Positions 34,617 to 44,259 of a DNA stretch of 64,000 nt are shown in pieces. This stretch comes from a virus. Each line of letters opens with the position of its first letter. Position 1 is the stretch's first letter. The notes beneath the pieces are model-generated. The model had not been told where the DNA came from. It did not search any database and worked only from the letters and a program-made list of their open reading frames with translations. The position numbers and the translations under genes were made by a program. The stretch covers positions 41,826 to 105,825 of IMG/VR virus record IMGVR_UViG_3300032893_000735, one strand, 5' to 3'.

Positions 34617-34844
34617 ATGCGGGCAGTTAAACAAAAGTATCGGTCAGGGTCAGGGTCACGGTCACGGTCAGGGGCACGGTCAGGGTCAGGGTCAGGGTCA
34701 GGGTCAGGGGCACGGTCAGGGTCAGGGTCAGGGGCACGGTCACGGTCAGGGTCACGGTCAGGGGCAGGGTCAGGGTCAGGGTCAGGGTCATGGTCATGGT
34801 CACGGTCATGGCCATGGTCACGGTCAGGGTCATGGTCGTATTGA
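34617..34844 (+). CDS. Ser-Gly/Arg/Trp dipeptide repeat protein
   Basis: 6-bp GGTCA[GCT] repeat from 34642 to 34836. Confidence 0.55.
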   Translation: MRAVKQKYRSGSGSRSRSGARSGSGSGSGSGARSGSGSGARSRSGSRSGAGSGSGSGSWSWSRSWPWSRSGSWSY

Positions 34845-35468
34845 CGAATGAAGGGTCTATTAAAGTAGGCCCTTTGTCCATTCTGGACGGAGGCGACATG
34901 AAAGTTTGGGTAGCTACTGCACATGAACATTACGAAGCAGGTTGGACGTTCGCCGTCTACCGCAACGAACCCACCGACGAAGAAATGAAACTGGACGCAG
35001 AAGATACCGATCCAGATGAACCGCTGTTTGATTGGTACTCAGCAAAAGAATTTGAGGTTAAGGAGAACTGATGAAAGTGGAATACAAAGTAACACCGAGA
35101 GAAGTTGAAGAGTTGATGGACAAGATTGATGATCTTGGCCCGAGCAAATATCCTGGAATGACCTATGAGCAGGGTATCTACGAGGCCCTGAGTTGGGTAC
35201 TTTACGGGGAAGACAAACCGGAAGTTTAAGGAGAACTGATGAGCGTTTCACAGCAACAAATCGACGAAAATGTAGAGTTAGCCAAGGCGTGTATACCGTC
35301 CCTGTTGGAAGACCCTTCTTACCTGAGGATGGTCCGCAACCAATTTGCAGCAGCGGCTTTGACTGGACTGCTTTCAAAAGAGGGTTCCGGTACTTGCAGG
35401 CGGTTCGCAGAGACTGCTTTTAGGTTCGCAGACGCTATGCTCGAAGAAATGAAGAAGGAGTCCATTTA

Positions 35469-36710
35469 ATGGAATTCACAGAACAAGAACTAAAAGCAAT
35501 ACGATCCGAATTTTGCCGTGGGTTTACGGACGACCAATTCAACGTTTTTATGACTTTCTGCCGAGTACGTAACCTGATGCCCGGAAAGCATGTTGTCGGG
35601 CAGATCCGCAAGTCTAGCGAGTGGGACGAAGTAGCCAACGCTAAGGTGAAGACGGAGAAGGTCATCTTTATCACCACAATTGACGCCGCTCGATTGATTG
35701 CCCAGCGGTCAGGGGAATACACGGGGCAAGCCCCAGAACAGTATATCTATTTGGACGATAGCGGACTTCCGAATTTGATCTCGGAAATTCCCCTGCCTGA
35801 CCCGAAAAACAAGCAACTACCTCGGGAACCTTGGGCCGTGCGCACATCCATCTATCGCAAGGGATTTGACCATCCGATTACCAGTGTAGCTCGGTTTGAT
35901 GCCTACGCGGTTACTCGTCGCGTACAAGGGGGAGGTCTAGTTTTAACGGACATGTGGCAACGTAGGGCTCCGGAGATGCTCGCAAAATGCTGCGAAATGC
36001 TAGGACTGAGGAAGGCATTTCCTGAAGAGTTGGCAGGCATCTTTGTTGAGTCAGAATTTAAGCCTGATCCTGAGGATGTAACGTCGCCTGTAACTCCCGC
36101 TGCGGTGCTCTCTGCACAAAACATTCCCCTTCCCCCGACCGTACCTGTCGTGAACCAAGCACCAGCCGAACCGACGAACAACCCGAGGCTGACAGATCCT
36201 GAAGTGAAGCAAACTCCACCTGAACCAAAGGCTTCCGCTTCGGAAAAGGCGGAAAAAGCAGCCTTCAAGCCAGTGAAGAAGTCGACAAAGAAGGGAGCCG
36301 AACCGGCTAGTCCAGTTTCTGGAAAAAATGAGTGGGAGATCACCGACGAGGATATCGAAAACGCCTGCAAGCCCCGACCCGAGTTCGACGAAGCCGCCAA
36401 CAAAAGGGAGGCGCAAGAATTCGTAGAGGCGGTAACCAGCTTTACCCCAGAAGAGGCAGTTGCCCAAGGTCTGCCGGTCCCTCCTGATCCGCTCCCGACT
36501 AAGGAGGAGATGAAGAAGAACACAGATCATGTCCGCGAACTTACAGCAGCCGGGGCGATGAACGGAGACTTGAAAAACTACTTCCTGAAGATCAGCGGAA
36601 AGACCGATCCAAAGTTTTTGACAGTCGGGGATTGGAAGAGGGCTTTTGACGAGTTGGACAAGGCTAAGGCTGACGGTCGGCTCAAAGAATTCTTGAAGGA
36701 GAATAAGTAA
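35469..36710 (+). CDS. bet: Single-strand annealing recombinase (Red-beta/RecT-like)
   Basis: TTIDAARLIAQRSGEY.G...MLAKCCE..GLRKAFPEEL.G; Pro-rich linker. Confidence 0.85.
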   Translation: MEFTEQELKAIRSEFCRGFTDDQFNVFMTFCRVRNLMPGKHVVGQIRKSSEWDEVANAKVKTEKVIFITTIDAARLIAQRSGEYTGQAPEQYIYLDDSGLPNLISEIPLPDPKNKQLPREPWAVRTSIYRKGFDHPITSVARFDAYAVTRRVQGGGLVLTDMWQRRAPEMLAKCCEMLGLRKAFPEELAGIFVESEFKPDPEDVTSPVTPAAVLSAQNIPLPPTVPVVNQAPAEPTNNPRLTDPEVKQTPPEPKASASEKAEKAAFKPVKKSTKKGAEPASPVSGKNEWEITDEDIENACKPRPEFDEAANKREAQEFVEAVTSFTPEEAVAQGLPVPPDPLPTKEEMKKNTDHVRELTAAGAMNGDLKNYFLKISGKTDPKFLTVGDWKRAFDELDKAKADGRLKEFLKENK

Positions 36711-37327
36711 TGCGCAACCACCTGCCTGCTAAACTTCAGATGTGGAGCCGCCCTCCTGACCACGAGGGGAGGATATATCTTAGCGCGATGTGCGGTTCTT
36801 GCGGATTAAAAGGACCGCCTGCTTTGTATATCAAGGATGCGGACAGATTGTTTTGGGAAATGGTTAAGGAGGAACCAAAAATGAAATGTGACCACAGATT
36901 CGCCAGAGCCATGGAACTTTATCCTGGAAACGTAAAGGTTATCTGCGGACCCTGCGGGAAAACAGGACCATCGGGAGGGGCAAGTGTGGCTTTCGCCTAC
37001 AAACTGTTCTGGGAATCTGTTAAACTGAAAGAGGAAGGAAAGACAATGAATGAAGACTATGAGCGGGGAGTTATGGACGCGACTAAGCCTTTTAGTTCGG
37101 ACCCCGAAGAATGGGGTAACATACGTTTGGCCGAACGCCGCAAGTCACTTCTCGCCAAGAAGGTAACGAAGTGGGTAATTGTTATGAGGCGCGGGTTTGG
37201 CTTAGAGGAATCAATATTCCAAGGTCGTCTTTTTGATTCAAAAGAACGTGCAGATGAACATGCTAGGTCTACCATCGGAGATCAAACGCTAGGTGTATTC
37301 CCCCTCGAAATCGAGGTCCCAGCTTGA
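36710..37327 (+). CDS. Hypothetical protein with CxxC repeats
   Basis: Coupled ORF; internal RBS-ATG pairs suggest possible fusion. Confidence 0.5.
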   Translation: MRNHLPAKLQMWSRPPDHEGRIYLSAMCGSCGLKGPPALYIKDADRLFWEMVKEEPKMKCDHRFARAMELYPGNVKVICGPCGKTGPSGGASVAFAYKLFWESVKLKEEGKTMNEDYERGVMDATKPFSSDPEEWGNIRLAERRKSLLAKKVTKWVIVMRRGFGLEESIFQGRLFDSKERADEHARSTIGDQTLGVFPLEIEVPA

Positions 37328-37531
37328 CTCACTACGAGACCCAGCTAAAACCGAGCCTAGAAACTGTCAAAATAGACGCCGATAAATTCCTGTGCGACGA
37401 GCCGGGATTTGTGGTATTCTATAAGCGAAATCCAGAGACTTTGAAAGCCGAGGAAGTCGCACGATTCAAATCTTCGAACGTGAAGAACGTTTCGGAGACC
37501 TAACCCGTCCATTTTGCGGACAAGGAGATTT

Positions 37532-38344
37532 ATGGCTACTTATTATGTTCGAGACACATTCGGATTTGTGACCGTGGTAGAGGCTGATTCTTTCTACACG
37601 AACGCGGGGGCGTATGTTTTCTACAATACTACAACAGAAGGACCCGTCAACAGTACGGCGGTAGGCAACTTCCGCACCGAACACGTTGTGTCCGTCATCG
37701 AGGACGAGGCTTTCGAGACACACTTCCCCGCTCATGAAGACGAAGAAGATCCAGAAGAAACGGGCGAGGAAGAGGAATGTGGCGAGTGCGACGGCGTTTG
37801 CCTTGACTGCCGGTTCAAGGAACTCTTGGATTCCGATGAGTTCTTCGAAGCTGTTTACGACGTAATCGAGGCGCGGGAGCAAGCGACTTCTGAGATGGAG
37901 GCAGAAGACGCCGAAGCGGAGGCGACTGCCCCCGAAGTTGGACCTGTTGAAATCCGATGGAACTCCGATCGCGAATATTTTGAATACGGATTCACTACCC
38001 CGAAGGGGTGGGTTGGGTTCAACAGAGCAGACAAGGACGACAAGGAAACCGCAGAAGAATCTCGTGCAGAGTATTTGGGCGGGGGTGAAGAATCGTGGTT
38101 CTTTGAAGATATTGGGGTAACAGTCCCTCTTCTCAAGGTAGTCAAGTGTACTCCAAAGGACGGAGATTCGGTTCAACTCGGATTCTTGACTACTGACGGG
38201 TTTGTTAACTTCTACGAGGGAGTGGGCGAAGAGGGTGCATTTAGTTCAGCCAGCTACGGGCTAAAGCAATACAATGAAGGATTTCGTAAATGGAGGTATA
38301 CGGACCCCTCCAAGTATACCTTCTCGGAGGTGGAGAATGGCTAA
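37532..38344 (+). CDS. Acidic hypothetical protein
   Basis: AAGGAG RBS after a palindrome copy; likely start MATYY. Confidence 0.7.
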   Translation: MATYYVRDTFGFVTVVEADSFYTNAGAYVFYNTTTEGPVNSTAVGNFRTEHVVSVIEDEAFETHFPAHEDEEDPEETGEEEECGECDGVCLDCRFKELLDSDEFFEAVYDVIEAREQATSEMEAEDAEAEATAPEVGPVEIRWNSDREYFEYGFTTPKGWVGFNRADKDDKETAEESRAEYLGGGEESWFFEDIGVTVPLLKVVKCTPKDGDSVQLGFLTTDGFVNFYEGVGEEGAFSSASYGLKQYNEGFRKWRYTDPSKYTFSEVENG

Positions 38345-38777
38345 GGGTTATTCGTTTGCAATTGTAGAGGGGAACATTGGTCGCGATCCGGAAGTGAAAG
38401 CTCTCCCCTCGGGGGCTAAGGTAGTCAACTTCAGCCTTGGATACGAACGAGGTTTCGGAGATAAGACTCACACCTGCTGGGTCGATGTTGTTTGCTTCAA
38501 GGATCAGGCCGACTTTGCTGAGCGGTATTTGAAAAAGAGCAAGGCTGTCCGAGTAGTCGGTGAGATTGATGTCAGGTCTTGGGAAGACAAAAACACAGGC
38601 CAAAAGCGGTACAAGACGGAGATTATCGCCGACAAAATCCAGTTTGTGGACAGTGGTTCTCGTTCAGAAGCTCCTGCTCGACAGCAATCAGCTCCACAGA
38701 CCCGCCAGCAAGCGGCACCTGCGGCTAGGGAAGAGTCTAACCCGTTCGATGACGACAGTTTGGATATACCGTTCTGA
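38337..38777 (+). CDS. ssb: Single-stranded DNA-binding protein
   Basis: GNIGRDPEV, RSWEDK, KTEIIAD, C-terminal DIPF. Confidence 0.93.
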   Translation: MAKGYSFAIVEGNIGRDPEVKALPSGAKVVNFSLGYERGFGDKTHTCWVDVVCFKDQADFAERYLKKSKAVRVVGEIDVRSWEDKNTGQKRYKTEIIADKIQFVDSGSRSEAPARQQSAPQTRQQAAPAAREESNPFDDDSLDIPF

Positions 38778-38783
38778 GGTGAA

Positions 38784-39044
38784 ATGAAAATCCAAGTAAC
38801 TCAACAGCACATCAACCAGGGCCACCGAGGATCTTGCACCAAAGATCCGGTGGCCTTAGCTTTGTCTGACGCTGGGTATATTATGCCTTGGGCGTCCCCC
38901 TCTTATATCAAGTGGATGGATATACACGGGTATTGGAGAGAAACAGAAACTCCGTCGGATGTTTACTACTTCATGAGTTCATTTGACAATAATGGGCCTG
39001 TGGAGCCTTTTGAGTTTGAAATTGGCGAGGGAAACGTAGTATAG
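38784..39044 (+). CDS. Hypothetical phage protein
   Basis: GAGG RBS; MKIQVTQQHI...PVALAL...PFEFE. Confidence 0.7.
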   Translation: MKIQVTQQHINQGHRGSCTKDPVALALSDAGYIMPWASPSYIKWMDIHGYWRETETPSDVYYFMSSFDNNGPVEPFEFEIGEGNVV

Positions 39045-39061
39045 TTACGACAGGAGTAAAA

Positions 39062-40081
39062 ATGCCGCGTAAGAAACCAGAACCGAAGAAGATTGAACTC
39101 AACGAAGAGCAGAAAGAAGTAGTTGAATTCAGGGAGGGATTTGCTTGCTGCCTAGCAGGCCCCGGCGCGGGAAAAACCAGTGTTTTAGTTGAGAGGCTTG
39201 TCTCTCTGATTGAGGAGGGAGTACCCGCCTCTGATCTGATATCCCTCAGCTTCACATCTACCGCCGCGAAGAATCTTCGAGACAGAGTCGAAGCTAGAGT
39301 CGGAAAACTGTCCACTAATCGGACAGCGGGTTGTGTCACCTTCCACTCAATGGCCCTGAGTTTTGCGCAAGAAGAACGAAACGAATTCAGCTATAATTTG
39401 TCCGAGTTTCCCTTAGCCACAGAGCCGGTAGCTAATAAACTGTCCGCCGAAGCCGCTAAAAAATACGAAATTGACCCGAGGTCTCTACGGTCGTCGGTCA
39501 GCCTGTTCAAGAGGCGCAGGATTTCCCCGCGTAAGGCGGTTCGGGATTCCGAGAATTCACTAAAAGCCTCTGAGCTAAAGATGGCGCTGGCGTACCAGGA
39601 CTATGAAAAGCGTTGCGCGGAACAAGGTATTCTGGATTTTGATTCTCTGATTTTTCAGATGGTGGAGATTCTGGACAAGAAACCGAAAGTCAGGGGACGC
39701 TGGGTTCGGGATTGGCTGCAACTCGATGAATCCCAGGACATGTCCAAAATTGAATGGGACCTGGCCAAACTTATCTCCGGCAAGAGCGTTCTCGCCGTAG
39801 GGGATATCTCGCAGGGAATCTATGGATTCCGGGGAAGCGACCCCCGACTGTTTCGTGACATGTCCGAGATTTTCCCAGGCACAAAAACTCTATATCTGAG
39901 TTGCAATTTTCGTAGTTCGCCCCAGATTATCGACTTCATACGACCAGTTGCGGCCAGTCAGGATCTGGCGGCTAAGTTTCACACTCAAAATCCATCCGGT
40001 CCTCCTCCTCTAGTGAAGGGCTTTTCTTCCGCCGTGGAAGAAGCGAACTGGGTGGTTAGTAGGATCAAGGAGAATCTATGA
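39062..40081 (+). CDS. uvrD: UvrD/PcrA-like helicase, N-terminal part
   Basis: LNEEQ, AGPGAGKT, FT..AA, TFHS, LDESQD, VGD..QGIYGFRG, NFRS. Confidence 0.9.
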   Translation: MPRKKPEPKKIELNEEQKEVVEFREGFACCLAGPGAGKTSVLVERLVSLIEEGVPASDLISLSFTSTAAKNLRDRVEARVGKLSTNRTAGCVTFHSMALSFAQEERNEFSYNLSEFPLATEPVANKLSAEAAKKYEIDPRSLRSSVSLFKRRRISPRKAVRDSENSLKASELKMALAYQDYEKRCAEQGILDFDSLIFQMVEILDKKPKVRGRWVRDWLQLDESQDMSKIEWDLAKLISGKSVLAVGDISQGIYGFRGSDPRLFRDMSEIFPGTKTLYLSCNFRSSPQIIDFIRPVAASQDLAAKFHTQNPSGPPPLVKGFSSAVEEANWVVSRIKENL

Positions 40082-40263
40082 GAATCATCAGGTGGTTTAG
40101 GCAGTTTCGAGCTTGGATTGAGTCGGTAGAGGCGGAACGAGAGGAACAGCTTATAAAGGACGTTATGTACGAGATGACTGGGGTGTACGAGGACAACAGA
40201 CGAACTCGGGCGGAGGCTATCATACGGATAGTAAGGTACCGCGACCCAAAAAGGTCTTGGTGA
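40078..40263 (+). CDS. Small hypothetical protein inserted in the split helicase
   Basis: AGGAG RBS; ATGA overlap. Confidence 0.55.
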   Translation: MRIIRWFRQFRAWIESVEAEREEQLIKDVMYEMTGVYEDNRRTRAEAIIRIVRYRDPKRSW

Positions 40264-40277
40264 GGAGAATCCAGATA

Positions 40278-40466
40278 ATGGACAAGTGGATTAGCGTAGA
40301 GGAAGAACTGCCGAAATTCGTAGGCAAAAGTGCAGGAGACGGTCGAGACTTCGCCTACATCGGTTGGGACGGCGTAGACATCGCACCCCTTAACGAATAT
40401 TCAGGGTATTGGCCGCATCTTGTGACCCACTGGATGCCTCTTCCGGAACCGCCGAAGGAGAAGTGA
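40278..40466 (+). CDS. DUF551-like small protein
   Basis: WISVEEELP...VTHWMPLPEPP. Confidence 0.7.
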   Translation: MDKWISVEEELPKFVGKSAGDGRDFAYIGWDGVDIAPLNEYSGYWPHLVTHWMPLPEPPKEK

Positions 40467-41311
40467 TGGACAAAACTACTGCGATCATTTGCAGGACAAA
40501 TCTCGGACTTAGGCCGTTTGAGCAGGCTCTGGCCGATGCTAGCATACCTTACAGGCTCGTGGGCCGTAGCGGGTTTTGGCAACAGCCCGAGGTTCGCCTC
40601 CTTCTAGCCCACCTCCAATGCTGTATCTACCCTTCGGACTACGCCGTTCTATCCGCGCTTCGGGGGCCATTCTACGTCACAAAGTACCTCCCCAAATCCA
40701 AAATAGCGGCGCGAGTCAAGGAGTTGCAGACAGACGGGGAACCTTCTGCTTGGCACCTACTTACCAAGGAAAGCTACTCGCTGGTCGAGAACAAGAACCT
40801 AAAGGCACTTCAAGATTTTGTCCAGTTTATCCACCAACTCAGCCGGTACAAGGATCTCCGACCGGCGGACGTGGTTAAGCAGGTCATCGTGGCACTCCAC
40901 GCAGTTGACTACTACGACTGTGAAACAACGGAAGACAATGACCCAATCCAGAACTTAAACGAGCTTGTGAAAATCGCAGGTAAGCATTCTACTCTGAAGG
41001 AGTTTTTGGATTACGCCCGCCGAGTAACTGCGGCGTCTAAGAAGCGATCTGGGGTAGCGCTGAGCACAATCCACAGCGCCAAGGGGCTCGAATGGCAACG
41101 TGTCTTTATGGTCCAGTGCTCGGAAGGAATAATCCCGCACGCAAAATCCACGGACCTAGACGGAGAACGCAACGCTTTTTTTGTCGGCGCATCCAGAAGC
41201 GAGCGGGAGCTGATCCTGACGTATTCAGGACGACCGTCGCAATTCCTTGAGCCTTACCTAAAGACCGTGGTAGAATCTGAGACAAAGGAGGAGACAGATG
41301 TCCGCAATTGA
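40463..41311 (+). CDS. uvrD: UvrD/PcrA-like helicase, C-terminal part
   Basis: AIICRTN, IPY.LVG, TIHSAKGLEW, ERNAFFVGASR. Confidence 0.88.
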   Translation: MMDKTTAIICRTNLGLRPFEQALADASIPYRLVGRSGFWQQPEVRLLLAHLQCCIYPSDYAVLSALRGPFYVTKYLPKSKIAARVKELQTDGEPSAWHLLTKESYSLVENKNLKALQDFVQFIHQLSRYKDLRPADVVKQVIVALHAVDYYDCETTEDNDPIQNLNELVKIAGKHSTLKEFLDYARRVTAASKKRSGVALSTIHSAKGLEWQRVFMVQCSEGIIPHAKSTDLDGERNAFFVGASRSERELILTYSGRPSQFLEPYLKTVVESETKEETDVRN

Positions 41312-41885
41312 GTTGTACAAAAAACTAGAAGATGGAACGATGAAGGCGTGCGGGATCTTTTACTGTTCTGAATGCAGAATTGTGGCTAATACAAAAGAGG
41401 ATGCTGAATGGTGCCACGGACCACACCTTTGCGCTTGCGGGGAGAAAGTAACCCAAAGCTACCGTAGAATCTGCGACAGGTGCCAATCAAAAGAGTGGCG
41501 TGAAAAAGAGGAGGCGAGGGAAGCCGAACGATTCGAGAAAGCAGAAAAGATCACCGAGGACGAATACACAGGAGAACACGTCTACGCGGGCGATTCCTTC
41601 TACGAGTCGGTAGAATACGCACTTAATTCCTACGACGAAGGATGCGGACCTGAATATGTATGGGCCTGCAAACCACGTGGATTGCCGAAAGTTGGCATAG
41701 AGGACGTAGTGTGCAACCTTCTGGATAACATGTGGGAGGACGCGGATGAATCAGATTTAGAAGGTCTGCCCGAACTAGAAGCAGCGTTGGAAAAGTTTAA
41801 TGAGGCCAACGAGCACATACAAGTTTGGGAACCGGACTACAGCACGGCTATTTTAGTCCACAAAATGGACAAGGAGGAAGCATGA
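41298..41885 (+). CDS. Cys-rich hypothetical protein
   Basis: GGAGG RBS. Confidence 0.7.
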   Translation: MSAIELYKKLEDGTMKACGIFYCSECRIVANTKEDAEWCHGPHLCACGEKVTQSYRRICDRCQSKEWREKEEAREAERFEKAEKITEDEYTGEHVYAGDSFYESVEYALNSYDEGCGPEYVWACKPRGLPKVGIEDVVCNLLDNMWEDADESDLEGLPELEAALEKFNEANEHIQVWEPDYSTAILVHKMDKEEA

Positions 41886-42533
41886 CTAAGTGGCGTAAAT
41901 TCTTGGATTTTCTGATTTCACTGACCCCGAAATATTGGTTGATGAGTTACGGATACGATGAAATCTGGGACAAGAAGCTCAACTGTTTACTGGATAAATA
42001 CAATTTCACAAGGCATACCCAATACACGGCCTTTCTCGGCAAGTGTGAAGTTTGGGTGGCAAACCATCCGTATGCTTCTTTCACCCCTCCATACCTAGAC
42101 TCAGTTAGACCGTCTCGATTAACTATCATCCGTGCTCAGAGGAAACTGGTAGAGGATGTAATCAAGATGCAGGCGGACGAGGGGGTCGAATGATATTACC
42201 ATTCTACAAAGTAGCCTTATCGTTTCCCCTACCTGCGGGAATTTTTGAAACAGATACGAGCAGGATAGTAGACACGCCTTGTTTGATCTTCAAGTCAGAG
42301 GTTCCGAGATACGTAGACTTTGACTTACCTGACGACTGGATACCGATTCGTTGGATTTGTTTATCCTGCTTCGAGGCGTGCGGAGATGAAACTGATGTTT
42401 TCAAAACAGGAAGCGCACCACGGAGGGAACTGAAGAGAGTAACGGGACCTACTCAGAAGCAGCAAAATCAAATGCTCGACCACGCTCGGCAACACGAGAT
42501 CATGTGGGCTTGGGCGAGAGGATTGGAGAAGAA

Positions 42534-43697
42534 ATGAGCTTGTACACATCCGCGAATGGTCGAGTTGTGAGCCACGCCTCAAGTTCCGCAATTGATCTTT
42601 TTAAGGGATGCAGGCGAAGGTTCTATCTGGAAAAGATACAAGGCTGGAGAGAGAAGGACAAGAAAGGGTCCTTGGAATTTGGCAAGGCAATCGAAGCCGC
42701 CGTCCAGTTCTTCTATGAGAACGGATGCAAACCAGGAGGCGCAGTAGACCACTTCAAAATGATCTGGCTGAAGTTCGCCGAGATCCCGATGAAATACACC
42801 GACCAAGAAGGTGACTTCTGGAACCTGATGAAGATGGGGTCCGAACTCATGCGGTTGTTCGAGGCTACCTACCAGACAATCCCGATCAAGCACCCGAAAT
42901 TCCAACTCGAATACCGTAAGAAGATCTACCCTGGCTCTCAGTACGATGACCTGGAGTTCCTGGGGTACGTGGACATCCTGAGTACGGAGGACGACGGAGA
43001 ACGCCGGGTAGTTGATATGAAGACGGCGAAAAACCAGCTTGACCTAACCCCGAACATGCTGTCTATGGATGGACAGTTGAGAAAATACGCATGGCTCACC
43101 GGAATACCCCGAGTAGCCTTCTTGAACTTCGTCAAAACTTCCAACCCTGATTCTTTTAAGAAGGGGGTTTCGGTTACTCTTCTGGAGGACGAATACGGAT
43201 TTAAGGCCGGGGAATCGTTTGTTGTCTACAAGGCAGTGGTTCAGGAGGAAGAAGACGGAAGCGACTATACTATTCTGACTCTGGCCTCCCCTGAAACAAT
43301 CCAGAAAATGGACGAGGAACTCGAAGCTATCTCAGGTAAGGGTTCCACGGCCAGGAAGGAAGAGGTCGTAGCTCGGTATTTCACAGAGAAACTTCTTTTC
43401 AACGTAGATCGGCAGTCGGTAACGAAGACGCGAATCCAATACGTCGAAGCCTACATCTCCCCCGAAGACATCCAAGAAACTGGACAAGGTGTCGGGATAG
43501 ATGTATTATCGATTAAACAGGCAGGGGATATGAACTTCTTCGCGGCAGATGGTGGCGTGCGATTCCCAAATAATAGGTGCGTGTACTGCCAATTTAGCCC
43601 GATCTGCCTGAAGAACAAGGAACTGACCGAGCAGACTTTGGTTCAGATCAAAGCTGATTCGGACGACTGGTTGAAGGATTTGGAGGAAGCAGAATGA
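42534..43697 (+). CDS. PD-(D/E)XK exonuclease (Cas4/RecB-like)
   Basis: S.S......C...F, GYVD, VDMKT, QL..Y, C..C...C. Confidence 0.85.
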   Translation: MSLYTSANGRVVSHASSSAIDLFKGCRRRFYLEKIQGWREKDKKGSLEFGKAIEAAVQFFYENGCKPGGAVDHFKMIWLKFAEIPMKYTDQEGDFWNLMKMGSELMRLFEATYQTIPIKHPKFQLEYRKKIYPGSQYDDLEFLGYVDILSTEDDGERRVVDMKTAKNQLDLTPNMLSMDGQLRKYAWLTGIPRVAFLNFVKTSNPDSFKKGVSVTLLEDEYGFKAGESFVVYKAVVQEEEDGSDYTILTLASPETIQKMDEELEAISGKGSTARKEEVVARYFTEKLLFNVDRQSVTKTRIQYVEAYISPEDIQETGQGVGIDVLSIKQAGDMNFFAADGGVRFPNNRCVYCQFSPICLKNKELTEQTLVQIKADSDDWLKDLEEAE

Positions 43698-43927
43698 TCA
43701 TCACCACAAAGTCAGGAAGCAAGTACCGTATTGACCTGGATGCAAAAACCTGGTCGAGTGTCCATTTTTCGGACGAATCTGGCTACCTGCGAACCGCAGG
43801 CGGGGACTATGACTATATCCGATTTGAGATCGGAGCACCCCTGGAGATGCTATGCCCGCCGATCACCGAAGGGTCAGCGGCACGGTACATTGAAACCAGC
43901 GATATTGTTTCTGTGGAGGACGAATGA
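43694..43927 (+). CDS. Hypothetical protein
   Basis: TTKSGSKYRID motif. Confidence 0.65.
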   Translation: MIITTKSGSKYRIDLDAKTWSSVHFSDESGYLRTAGGDYDYIRFEIGAPLEMLCPPITEGSAARYIETSDIVSVEDE

Positions 43928-44217
43928 CCCAGTATAGTACGCCCGATAATACCCCCGTTGAACGCATTTTGCGTAATAAAATACGCTGTTTGCGTTGTAA
44001 CACTGAGATCGAAAGCAAGCACAGACATGACTTCAAATACTGCCCGTGCGGAGCCGCAGCGGTGGACGGAGGACTGGACTACCTGAAGAGGTGCGGGAAC
44101 ATGGAGGACATTGTGGAACTGTCCGAGTTCACAACTGAACCGGAGCCGCCACGCCGGAAAAGGACAGAGGCGGAGACTGAACAGCTACTTTTAGCCCTGT
44201 TTGGGAAGTCCAAATAA
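43924..44217 (+). CDS. DUF7695-like zinc-binding protein
   Basis: C..C...IES.HRHDF..C.CG...VDGG..YL.R. Confidence 0.8.
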   Translation: MTQYSTPDNTPVERILRNKIRCLRCNTEIESKHRHDFKYCPCGAAAVDGGLDYLKRCGNMEDIVELSEFTTEPEPPRRKRTEAETEQLLLALFGKSK

Positions 44218-44259
44218 TGGATTTCGGCCTGCACCACTGGAAAATGATGTTTTTCGACC

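Noticed and set aside
42534-43697. Cas4 as part of a CRISPR system
   Set aside because: Stand-alone phage exonuclease in a recombination context; no array or other cas genes.
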